In this document: in pieces, positions 36,160 to 44,494 of the stretch | How positions within the stretch are numbered: the stretch's first letter is position 1 | How the letters are laid out: each line of letters begins with the position of its first letter | The notes under the pieces: model-generated | The model's database searches: none | What the model saw: the letters and a program-made list of their open reading frames with translations, nothing else | What the model was told of the DNA's origin: nothing | Translations under genes and position numbers: made by a program | Source: a virus | Lineage: Duplodnaviria > Caudoviricetes | Reading direction: 5' to 3' (one strand) | Length of the DNA: 64,000 nucleotides | IMG/VR virus record: IMGVR_UViG_3300033074_001936 | Coordinates: 1-64,000 of that record

Positions 36160-36560
36160 TGCCAGGAAAAGGGAGATCACAGATGAGCGTATCGACGGCG
36201 GCGGTATTTGCGCCGCGAGAGCGTCGGGCTGGTCGACGCCGCATATTCACCCAGGATGTACTCAAGATGATCCCGCAGTGGGTCGAGGATGGTGCAAACC
36301 GCGAGGAGATCGCGGCGGCGCTGGGGGTCACTGTCGGTTCGCTCCAATCAATGTGCTCGCATCACGGCATTCGGCTCAACTCGCCATCGGTCGGCCTCGA
36401 GGCGCGGCTAGGGGCGGAGCGGTGGGCAAAAGTCAAGCAACAAGCGGACCGGCGCGGAACCACTGCATTCTTGCTCAGCATTAAGTTGCTGGCGGCTATC
36501 GTCGATGGCGATTTATTCATGGCCGTACTCGATGATAATGGGGAAGATGATGATGAGTGA
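36159..36560 (+). CDS. HTH-containing hypothetical protein
   Basis: REEIAAALGVTVGSLQSMCSHHGIRL. Confidence 0.55.
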   Translation: MPGKGRSQMSVSTAAVFAPRERRAGRRRIFTQDVLKMIPQWVEDGANREEIAAALGVTVGSLQSMCSHHGIRLNSPSVGLEARLGAERWAKVKQQADRRGTTAFLLSIKLLAAIVDGDLFMAVLDDNGEDDDE

Positions 36561-37125
36561 ACCGCGTCGGGTCATCATCGTCGGCCGCGCGCGGGGGGCG
36601 CTCGCGGAGTATGCGGCGGCGCGCGCAATGGCGCACTTCGATGAGATCATCGTGGTCGGCAAGATGGGAGAAGTATTCCCGGATGAGATCGATTATTGGG
36701 CCTCATTTCATAGCAATTTATTCGACCGCTGGGCCGCCCGCCGGGCGGCCAACAACTTGGCCCCGGCCGGACATTATTGGGGCGGCATCTACAACGGCAA
36801 GCGCATCGGTGCCGGGCAGGTGAAGTGCGAGCCAATCACATGGGTGTCGACCAGCGGGGGTTCATCGGGCTTCCTGGCACTTGAGGGTGCGCTGAGCATA
36901 TTACAAGCCGAGCGCATTGTGCTCGCCGGCATTCCCATGGATGCGGAGGCATCTCATGAGCCGGAGGCGAGCGAGGCGGGAGAAGATGGGCCGTGGCGTG
37001 AGGCGCATTTGTATTGGGCAACGTGGGAGGCGCGCATGGAGCAGCTGCGCGGGCGTGTGCGCAGCATGAGCGGTCGCACGCGCGCGGCGCTCGGCGCCCC
37101 CACATCCGATTGGCTCCGCGAATGA
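36547..37125 (+). CDS. Putative Maf/DUF115-like (sialyltransferase-type fold) protein
   Basis: VIIVG, YWASFH, GGSSGFLA, RIVLAGIPMD, VRSMSGRT pattern; family call by eye. Confidence 0.5.
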   Translation: MMMSEPRRVIIVGRARGALAEYAAARAMAHFDEIIVVGKMGEVFPDEIDYWASFHSNLFDRWAARRAANNLAPAGHYWGGIYNGKRIGAGQVKCEPITWVSTSGGSSGFLALEGALSILQAERIVLAGIPMDAEASHEPEASEAGEDGPWREAHLYWATWEARMEQLRGRVRSMSGRTRAALGAPTSDWLRE

Positions 37126-38114
37126 GCGCGGCTGACCTCCGGCGCATTGAGCAACTCCTCGCGCGCGCGGAGGCGCGGGTGCGGCGCGCGATCCGACGCT
37201 TCCTTGATGATGCCCGTTCCCCGGAGATCATGCGCCAAGTGCGGCGCATGCTCGAGCGCGGAAGCATCGAGGAAGTGCTGCGCATAGTCGATTCTTACTC
37301 GGCGCGGGTCGGGGAGGCGATCCCGGACATCTTCATATCGGCAGGTGCCGGCGAGATGGAGGCGCTGGCGGAGCAGCTGCGGCGTCAGGGGGTGCGCTTG
37401 GGCTTGTCATTCGATCCCTCGCATCCGCGCGCCGCCGAGCTCATGCGGCGCAACCGCCTCGAGTTCATACGTGAATTTACTAGAGCGCAGCGATTGACAG
37501 TCCGGGATGCGCTCGCCGAAGCCCTCCAATCGGGGCTCGGTCCCATTCAAGCGGCGCGGGAGTTCCGTGATAGCATTGGGCTCACGCAACATCAGCGACG
37601 TTCGGTCGCCAACTATCGGCGCTTGCTCGAGGCGGGAGATGTGGCTGCGCTCGAGCGCGATTTGCGCGACCGGCGCTTTGATTCCTCTGTGCGCCGCGCG
37701 CTTCGTGATGGAGAGCCGCTCGGGGCGGAGCGCATAAGGCGTATGGTCGCCCGCTACCGGGAGCGCTTCTTGCAGTATCGGGCGGAGGTGATCGCGCGCA
37801 CAGAGTCCCTGCGCGTCCTACATCAGGCACGAGAAGAAGCACTCAGCCAAATCGTCGAGGACATCGAGCTGCCGCCCGGAGCCGTGCGCCGCGTCTGGGC
37901 ATCGACTCGCGACAAGCGCGTGCGGGATACCCATCGCGCCATGGACGGCCAAGTCCGCGCCATGAATGAGCCATTCGACAGCCCGTCCGGCGCGCGCCTG
38001 CCGACCCCGGGAGACGGCTCGCTCGGTGCCCCGCCCGGGGAGCTCATCAACTGCCGCTGCGTTGTACTCATACAAGTATCTACTCGCGATGTTCGTCTGC
38101 TTAAAGAACTTTAA
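37122..38114 (+). CDS. Head morphogenesis protein (SPP1 gp7/Mu gpF-like)
   Basis: RAEVIARTE, W.STRD.RVRDTH..MDGQ, PGD, INCRC. Confidence 0.9.
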   Translation: MSAADLRRIEQLLARAEARVRRAIRRFLDDARSPEIMRQVRRMLERGSIEEVLRIVDSYSARVGEAIPDIFISAGAGEMEALAEQLRRQGVRLGLSFDPSHPRAAELMRRNRLEFIREFTRAQRLTVRDALAEALQSGLGPIQAAREFRDSIGLTQHQRRSVANYRRLLEAGDVAALERDLRDRRFDSSVRRALRDGEPLGAERIRRMVARYRERFLQYRAEVIARTESLRVLHQAREEALSQIVEDIELPPGAVRRVWASTRDKRVRDTHRAMDGQVRAMNEPFDSPSGARLPTPGDGSLGAPPGELINCRCVVLIQVSTRDVRLLKEL

Positions 38115-38278
38115 TAAACCACTTAATTTGCATACCAGCCTCCAGGCTACTTGAATTGCCAAGTCATGCGGGCTGCATGGCGAGGAGGCCGGGGAGTTTT
38201 TCTTCGCGCCTCAATGGCGGTAGCTTGAGAAACCTCCCCTCGCGCACCCGCCCTCTCGCCTCATCCCGCACGTCGGAT

Positions 38279-38401
38279 GGTGGCGGCTCCTGCCCTCAGA
38301 GGCGGGGCACTTCCCGTCCCCCCAGGCCCCCGCCGTGAGGGACAAGATATCGCTCCGGGAACATTCCCTCGAGTGCCTCAGGCGCGATGGGGGCCGCCAC
38401 C
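38279..38401 (+). ncRNA. Candidate structured RNA leader (multibranch) upstream of the protease gene
   Basis: 12-bp closing stem 38279-38290/38390-38401 enclosing three 5-bp stems; ends 11 nt before the RBS. Confidence 0.35.
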
Positions 38402-38429
38402 GGACCTCGGAAGAAGGATTTCTCTGCAA

Positions 38430-39050
38430 GTGCCTTGGAAGACGAACACCGAGCTGCCTGAGTCGATCAAGTCGGCGCTCCCGGCCGATGCTCAGTCGCG
38501 CTTTCGCTCGGTCGCCAACGAGCGCATGCGCGCGGGTGCGAGCGAGACCTCGGCCATCGCGCAGGCTTGGCACGTGGTCAAGCAGGGCTGGGAGAAGGCC
38601 GCAAGTGGAGGCAAGTGGGTGCGCAAGCAAGATCATCATGGCGACGAGCCGGAGTTCCGCAAGGCGGAAGTCGTCAAAGTCAGCGACGAGCTCGGCTTGG
38701 TCTTCGGGCTCGCAATTGTCTGCAAAGTGGACGGCGCGCCCTATTTTGACTTGCAGGGCGACCACATCCCCGAGGATGCGATGCTCAAGGCGGTGACTGA
38801 CTTCATGATCCACAGCCGGGTCGCGAAGGAGATGCACAGCGGCAAGCAGATCGGGGATGTTGTATTTGCGTTCCCGCTCACGCAGGAGATCGCGGACTCG
38901 CTGGAGATCACGACCAAGTACACCGGCTGCCTCGTCGCCATGAAGCCCTCCCCCGAGGTGCTCGCGAAGTTCAAATCGGGCGAGTACTCCGGCTTTTCGA
39001 TCGGCGGCAAGCGCCTGCATGATGAAGAAGCCGAGAAGGGTGCCTACTAG
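38430..39050 (+). CDS. ChaB domain fused to an XkdF-like prohead serine protease
   Basis: MPW..N.ELP.SIK..LP..AQ..F / AW..VK..W.K..GKW (ChaB); LVFG, DLQGD.I, KEMH, GEYSGFSIGG; GAAGGA before GTG. Confidence 0.82.
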   Translation: MPWKTNTELPESIKSALPADAQSRFRSVANERMRAGASETSAIAQAWHVVKQGWEKAASGGKWVRKQDHHGDEPEFRKAEVVKVSDELGLVFGLAIVCKVDGAPYFDLQGDHIPEDAMLKAVTDFMIHSRVAKEMHSGKQIGDVVFAFPLTQEIADSLEITTKYTGCLVAMKPSPEVLAKFKSGEYSGFSIGGKRLHDEEAEKGAY

Positions 39051-39221
39051 ATGCCTGCTCCCACCAAAGAGCCCGACAACCGGCACACCCTCCCGCCGCT
39101 TCGGACTTACCACATTCCCGGCGGTCCACTCGCGAAGAACTTGGGAGAAGTCGAAGTCATCAAGCTGGCGGAGATCGTCCGCGGCGGCGAGGGTGATGCC
39201 GGCTACGGAGATAAGAGGTAA
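39051..39221 (+). CDS. Small hypothetical protein (56 aa; not in the ORF track)
   Basis: ATG directly after the protease stop; open to TAA 39219-39221. Confidence 0.4.
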   Translation: MPAPTKEPDNRHTLPPLRTYHIPGGPLAKNLGEVEVIKLAEIVRGGEGDAGYGDKR

Positions 39222-39226
39222 GAGAG

Positions 39227-40513
39227 ATGGCTGATCGCGCGCGCTCGAGCCGCAAGAACATCATGCGGGAGTTCGTAATCAACGAGCTCTCCGCGGTCGA
39301 CCGGCCGGCGCAGGCCCACGCCCGCGCCGTCATCATGAAGCGAGATGATGGAGGCGTCGGCAAAGACGTCGGCAAAGACTATGATTCTCCGGCCGTTGTC
39401 GCCCTCGCGACGGTGGGGCGGAAGGTGCGCGCGATGGACTTCGATGAGGTCGTCGCCGAGCAGGGGTCGCGGGAAGCTGCAGAGCGCGTCCAGAGCTGCG
39501 TCCGCACAAAGTGGCAGGCGCTCCAGCGTGCGTTCGACAGCATTGCTGCTGATGAGTCGCTGGCTCCCGCCGACAAAGTGGGCGCCATGCGTGACTCTGT
39601 CGGACAGTTTCTTGACGCCGTGCGGGCGGAGTCCGAGGCAATCGCCGATGCCATCACCAAGTCTCTAGCCGCAGTTCCGGCACTTGCCGAGCTGCTCGAC
39701 CAAGTCGGCAACGAAGGAGATGAACCGATGACCGACGCCGAAAAGAAGCAGCTCGCCGAGATGCAGAAGACTGTCGCCTCCCTCAAGGCGCAGCTCGAGG
39801 CGGCATCCGCCGATGACCCGGCCAAGAAGGCGGCCGAGCTGCAAGATGCGCTCGACAAGGTGCAAATCGAGCTGGCCGATCTCACCAAGAAGCTCGAGAC
39901 TTCGGAAGCCGAGAAGGCATCGGCGCTGGCGAAGGCCGGCATGTCCGATGCCGAGAAGGAATATCTCGCCGGCTTGTCGGGCGAGGACAAGGTCAAGTTC
40001 ATGCAGGCATCGCCGGCCGACCGCAAGAAGATGATGGCCAAGGCCGCGGATGCGGACCCGATCATCTACAAGGCCGCTGATGGGCAGGAATATCGCGGCA
40101 GCGATGATCCCCGCCTGGTCGCCATGGCCAAGCGCGCCGATGAGATGACGAAGCGGGCCGACGAAGAGCGGACTGCTCGCGAGACTGCCGAGCTCACCAA
40201 GCGGGCCGACGACTTCCTCAAGGCCTTCGCCGGCGACTCTGCGGAGAAGGTCGAGGTCTTGCGCGCTATCGCCAAGATGACGGATGAGCCGCGCAAGGCG
40301 CTGGAGAAGATGCTGGAGGCCGGCGGCAAGGCCATCGCCGCGGCGTTCCAGACCATCGGCCGCGCGTCGGGCGAGCTGAGCAAGAGCGCCGCCGACTTCA
40401 ACAAGCGGGTCGATGAGATCCAGAAGCGCGACAACTGCTCGCGCGTCGACGCCATGTCCAAGGCGCGCATCGAGGACCCGGCGGCCTTCGAGGCCATGCA
40501 GGCGTCGAACTAA
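39227..40513 (+). CDS. Scaffolding protein with an N-terminal protease-like strand
   Basis: INELSAVDRPAQ; long A/E/K-rich coiled coil; upstream of the capsid genes. Confidence 0.7.
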   Translation: MADRARSSRKNIMREFVINELSAVDRPAQAHARAVIMKRDDGGVGKDVGKDYDSPAVVALATVGRKVRAMDFDEVVAEQGSREAAERVQSCVRTKWQALQRAFDSIAADESLAPADKVGAMRDSVGQFLDAVRAESEAIADAITKSLAAVPALAELLDQVGNEGDEPMTDAEKKQLAEMQKTVASLKAQLEAASADDPAKKAAELQDALDKVQIELADLTKKLETSEAEKASALAKAGMSDAEKEYLAGLSGEDKVKFMQASPADRKKMMAKAADADPIIYKAADGQEYRGSDDPRLVAMAKRADEMTKRADEERTARETAELTKRADDFLKAFAGDSAEKVEVLRAIAKMTDEPRKALEKMLEAGGKAIAAAFQTIGRASGELSKSAADFNKRVDEIQKRDNCSRVDAMSKARIEDPAAFEAMQASN

Positions 40514-40540
40514 CCCCCGGCGAGGAAAGGAACAGCACTC

Positions 40541-40918
40541 ATGTCCATCCAGAAGATTGACGAGGCATTCACGTACGCGGAGAACGCGGGCGCGGACTTG
40601 TCCGAGAAGCTCCACTTCTTCGCCAAGATCGACACCGATGGCGACATCGTGCTCGCCGGCGATGGCGGGCCGGTTGCCGGCGTCATCATCGAGTCGGCGG
40701 CGGAGAACTATCCCGTTTCCATCGCGTTCGGCGCCATCGGCAAGGTGATCTGTGCCGAAGCGATCACTCCGGGGGCGATCATCGCCTCCGACGCCGACGG
40801 CAAGGCGGTTGCGGCGGCGGCCGGCGACTGGATCGTCGGCATCGCCATCAACAAAGCCGCCTCCACCGCAGGTGACCTCGTTCCGTTCATCTTCGCGTCC
40901 GGTCGCCGGCACGCATAA
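40541..40918 (+). CDS. Capsid decoration/cement protein
   Basis: Small Gly/Ala-rich beta protein (SDADGKAV..A..GD) just before the MCP. Confidence 0.7.
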   Translation: MSIQKIDEAFTYAENAGADLSEKLHFFAKIDTDGDIVLAGDGGPVAGVIIESAAENYPVSIAFGAIGKVICAEAITPGAIIASDADGKAVAAAAGDWIVGIAINKAASTAGDLVPFIFASGRRHA

Positions 40919-40949
40919 CCCCTGATTAACTCAAACAGGAGACCCCGCG

Positions 40950-41936
40950 ATGCCCGCGAGTAACATTCGAGGCACCATCCACGTCGACCGGTACCTGACG
41001 AACTTTTCTCTGGCCTGGATTCAGAGTCAAGTTCACTTCGTCGGGCGTCGCGCGTCGACCATCATCCCGGTCACCAATCAGTCCAACAAGTACGTCGTGT
41101 ATCCGCGCGGCTACTTCTGGCGGGATGAGTCCAAGCCGCGCCCCCTCGGCGGCCGCCCCGTTCAGATCACCTACGAGGTCGGGGAGGGCACCTACTCCGC
41201 GCAGGAGTGGGCGCTCGAGCACCTCATCGACGACCGGCAGCGTGCCAACACCGACGCGCCCATCAACCTCGACGAGAATGCCACGCGGCTCCTGTCGATG
41301 AAGCAGATGATTCGCATGGATCGTCTGTGGGCGGAGAAGTTCTTCGTCCCCGGCGCCTGGACGACCTTGCGCGTCGGCACCGCATCGACGCCCGGCGCCG
41401 GTCAGTTCCTGCAGTTCGGCGACGCGAACTCCGATCCGATCATGACCATCGACGCCGCCAAGGATGCGATGTTCAAGATCACCGGGTTTATGCCGAATAC
41501 GCTGGTCCTGGGATCCGATGTGCGGACCCAACTGCGGAGCCACCCCGACATCGCCGACCGCATCAAGTACACCGGCGTGGGCCTGGCCGATGAGGCCAAG
41601 CTTCAGGAGCTGTTCGACGTGCCGAACGTGGTGACGGCCCGCGCGCTGTACACGACGTCCGCGGAGGGCGCCACCGATGCGTTCGACCACATCGTCGACT
41701 CCAAGTCGATGTGGCTCGGGTACATCGCCCCCTCCCCGGCGCTCGACACTCCGACGGCCATCGCGACGTTCGCGTGGACGGGCCTCCTCCCCGGCGTGAC
41801 CAACGCCCTCGGCGGGGTCATGGAGCGCGGCCGTGATGATCGCGCGCACTCCGACTGGTTCCACAATCGGATGGCGTTCGACATCAAGCAGGTGTCGGCC
41901 GACCTCGGCATCTTCTTTCAGAACGCCGTCGCGTAA
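40950..41936 (+). CDS. Major capsid protein
   Basis: HVDRYLTNFSLAW, PNTLVLG, HPDIADRIKYT; size and position; strong codon bias. Confidence 0.88.
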   Translation: MPASNIRGTIHVDRYLTNFSLAWIQSQVHFVGRRASTIIPVTNQSNKYVVYPRGYFWRDESKPRPLGGRPVQITYEVGEGTYSAQEWALEHLIDDRQRANTDAPINLDENATRLLSMKQMIRMDRLWAEKFFVPGAWTTLRVGTASTPGAGQFLQFGDANSDPIMTIDAAKDAMFKITGFMPNTLVLGSDVRTQLRSHPDIADRIKYTGVGLADEAKLQELFDVPNVVTARALYTTSAEGATDAFDHIVDSKSMWLGYIAPSPALDTPTAIATFAWTGLLPGVTNALGGVMERGRDDRAHSDWFHNRMAFDIKQVSADLGIFFQNAVA

Positions 41937-41960
41937 GCGCGGCCTGCGGGAGGATGAACC

Positions 41961-42347
41961 ATGGTTGCTCAGCAGCGCCGTACGGCGTTTGATCCGGGGC
42001 TGACCTACGAAGTCGCGCGGGAGTTTCGCCTCAACGGCGAGCTCCTGTGCCCCGGAGATGCATTCGACGCGGGCAAGGCTGACCCGCGCCGGATGCGCCA
42101 GCTCTACGACACCAGGCTCATCCGGGCGGCCCCCGGAAGCGATGGGCGGCGGCTTGTTGCCCGCCGGCCCCTCGTTGTCGGGGGGGCGCATTACGCGCCG
42201 GGCGATGCGATCCCCCGTGATGCCGTGAAGTCGGCGGCCCGGCTCTCCCAGCTCATCGCGCGAGGGGACGTCGGCTTGCAAGCTGAGGCGGCGCGCGCCC
42301 GCCCCCGCCCCCGCCCCTCCCCGCGCCGGGCAAGGCTCGAGGAGTGA
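41961..42347 (+). CDS. Virion-associated hypothetical protein
   Basis: Two internal PGDA-containing repeats; RP-rich tail. Confidence 0.6.
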   Translation: MVAQQRRTAFDPGLTYEVAREFRLNGELLCPGDAFDAGKADPRRMRQLYDTRLIRAAPGSDGRRLVARRPLVVGGAHYAPGDAIPRDAVKSAARLSQLIARGDVGLQAEAARARPRPRPSPRRARLEE

Positions 42348-42351
42348 GCGC

Positions 42352-42729
42352 TTGGCGTCTCTCCTTGAGTCCGCGATCAAGGCGCAAGTAGCGTCGGCGT
42401 TTCGTGGCCGCTTGTTGCCCGGCACCCTGCGTCGCGTCCCCTACTCCTCCGTCGATGCGCTCGGCGATCCGACTCCGGGGGCCCCGCAGACATGGTCCTT
42501 CGACGGCATCGTGGACTCGTTCAGCGCATTCTTCGCGGCGCAGGCGGGCATCCCCGCGACCGACTCGCGCATCTTGATCATCGCCGGGTCCCTCGCGACC
42601 CCGCCGCAGAAGGACGACCAAGTGAAGCTCCGCGGCAAGTGGTACCAACTGCGTCGCCTCGTGGAGCAGGACCCGGCGGGGGCGACGTACATCTTCTCTG
42701 GGTATGAGATCGAAGACCCGACTGCATGA
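42352..42729 (+). CDS. Head closure/head-tail joining protein (putative)
   Basis: Position; D.RILI, DPAGATY. Confidence 0.65.
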   Translation: MASLLESAIKAQVASAFRGRLLPGTLRRVPYSSVDALGDPTPGAPQTWSFDGIVDSFSAFFAAQAGIPATDSRILIIAGSLATPPQKDDQVKLRGKWYQLRRLVEQDPAGATYIFSGYEIEDPTA

Positions 42730-43127
42730 CTGTTCGGCTCAATGAGCGTGAGCTCCAGCAGCGCGTAGTGCGCGGCATGCAGCGCGGCATCTTCGCCGCA
42801 ACCGAGGCGGTGCGCAACGAGGCCATCCGCCTGGTCCTGTCGCCCCCGAAGACCGGGCGCATCTATCGACGCCGCGGCGTCGAGCATCAGGCGTCGGCGC
42901 CGGGCGAGGCCCCGGCAAGTGACACCGGCCGCCTCGCCGCCTCGATCCGCACCCGCTACGAAGACAACTACTTCACCGGCATTGTCGTCGCGTCGACGCT
43001 CTACGCGAGCTATCTCGAGTTCGGGACCTCCCGCATGGAGCCGCGCCCCTACATGCGCCCCGCGCTGGCGGCGATCAATGTTCGCGGCATGATCGAGGAT
43101 GCCGTGGTGGCGGCAATCGATGCCTGA
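42726..43127 (+). CDS. HK97 gp10-like neck/tail completion protein
   Basis: ASAPGEAPASDTGRLAASI, YASYLEFGT..M.PRPYMRPA. Confidence 0.85.
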   Translation: MTVRLNERELQQRVVRGMQRGIFAATEAVRNEAIRLVLSPPKTGRIYRRRGVEHQASAPGEAPASDTGRLAASIRTRYEDNYFTGIVVASTLYASYLEFGTSRMEPRPYMRPALAAINVRGMIEDAVVAAIDA

Positions 43128-43569
43128 TCTCCTCGCCGCGCTGCGCTCCGCGCTCGTTGGCTCCGGCGCCGTCGCAGGTGAGCTGCCGGAGTACGCGGGC
43201 TCGCTCCCCATCTTCACCCGGCGCCCCGTTCCCGATGATGCCCCCATGCCCATGATCATCATCAACCCGCAGATTCAGGCCGGGCAGGCCGACGGCATGC
43301 GCGATCAGCGGCCGGTCATCGTGCATGACATCATCGCGTATGGGCGCAACGGAACCGCGGGGACTTCGGATGACTACCGCCGCATCGAGCGCCTCGCCCA
43401 CGCCGTGCAGCAGCTGCTTCACAGGCGGCCGGACCGCCTGTCGCCCGCCAACGGGTGGGCGATCATCGATGTCGTCGCGAGCGGCCCATCGCCGGCCCCC
43501 GGCGATGATGAGCAGACCATCGCGCGGCGGGTCGAAGTGACCGTACGGGCCGCGCGCTTGACCGCGTAA
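43120..43569 (+). CDS. Tail terminator protein (putative)
   Basis: Position before the major tail protein; size. Confidence 0.6.
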   Translation: MPDLLAALRSALVGSGAVAGELPEYAGSLPIFTRRPVPDDAPMPMIIINPQIQAGQADGMRDQRPVIVHDIIAYGRNGTAGTSDDYRRIERLAHAVQQLLHRRPDRLSPANGWAIIDVVASGPSPAPGDDEQTIARRVEVTVRAARLTA

Positions 43570-43585
43570 AGAAGGAGAAGCCAAG

Positions 43586-44041
43586 ATGCCCTTGTATCCC
43601 GTCGCAGGATCGACCATTGACATCGGGCAGGTCATGGACCCGTCTGTTGATGATTTGGTCGCCGCAGATTTTGCCGGCCAGTCATGGCTCAACATTCCTT
43701 GGTGGGAGTCGGGTTCTCCGTTCGGCGATGAGGCCGCGGAGATCGCGACTGATTACATCGACTCCGGCCGCACGCATAAGTCTAAAGGAACGCGCAACGC
43801 GGGCACCATGACCTGCGTGTTCGGCATCGATGATGATAGTGATGGTCAAGCGACGTTGTATGGCGCTGAGACCACCAACGACAACTATGCGTTTCGCATC
43901 ACCTACCCATCGGGAGCCGTGCGCTACTTCCTCGCGCAAGTCATGTCTGCGCGCGAAGATGTTTCTGGCCCCAACAACGACTTGAAGCTCACGGCGGCGC
44001 TGGGCATCAACTCGAACGTCGTACGGGTGGCGGCGGCTTAA
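43586..44041 (+). CDS. Major tail (tube) protein
   Basis: KGTRNAG, GQ..L..A, NYAFRI, RYF.A.VMS; AAGGAG RBS. Confidence 0.85.
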   Translation: MPLYPVAGSTIDIGQVMDPSVDDLVAADFAGQSWLNIPWWESGSPFGDEAAEIATDYIDSGRTHKSKGTRNAGTMTCVFGIDDDSDGQATLYGAETTNDNYAFRITYPSGAVRYFLAQVMSAREDVSGPNNDLKLTAALGINSNVVRVAAA

Positions 44042-44071
44042 GTTGTTTGATGCAAGAGGGAGGACTAATAA

Positions 44072-44494
44072 ATGTCTGACTACAAGCCGAGGCTCGGCTC
44101 GGGCAACGTGCGCATTACAATCGATGGGGAAGCGCTCGAACTCGTGCCGACGTACGCAGCCATGGCGAAGATCAGCTCGCGGGGCGGTGGCCTGCGCGGG
44201 GCAATGGAGCGCATCTTGCAGCTCGACGCCGACACCATCGTCGATGTGATCACTGTCGGTCTCGGCTACGGGGCGAACAAGCGGCCTCCGAAGGACCTAT
44301 CTGAGCGCATCTGGCGCACGGGCTTCACGCTCACGACTGGCGGCATCGCCGACGCAGCATTCGAGTACGTGAATGTCCTCGCGAACGGCGGTCAGCCCGT
44401 GCCGAAGGACGAGCCGGGCAGTGAAGAGGCTGAGGCAGAGGGGGCGCGCCAAGACTCCCAGGACCCTCCGCCACCGACGACGCTCCCTCAGTAG
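44072..44494 (+). CDS. Tail assembly chaperone (gpG-like)
   Basis: Between the tail tube and tape measure genes; GAGGA RBS. Confidence 0.75.
   Translation: MSDYKPRLGSGNVRITIDGEALELVPTYAAMAKISSRGGGLRGAMERILQLDADTIVDVITVGLGYGANKRPPKDLSERIWRTGFTLTTGGIADAAFEYVNVLANGGQPVPKDEPGSEEAEAEGARQDSQDPPPPTTLPQ

Noticed and set aside
38101-38126. CtrA box before the head operon
   Set aside because: TTAA spacings are 6 and 8, not 7
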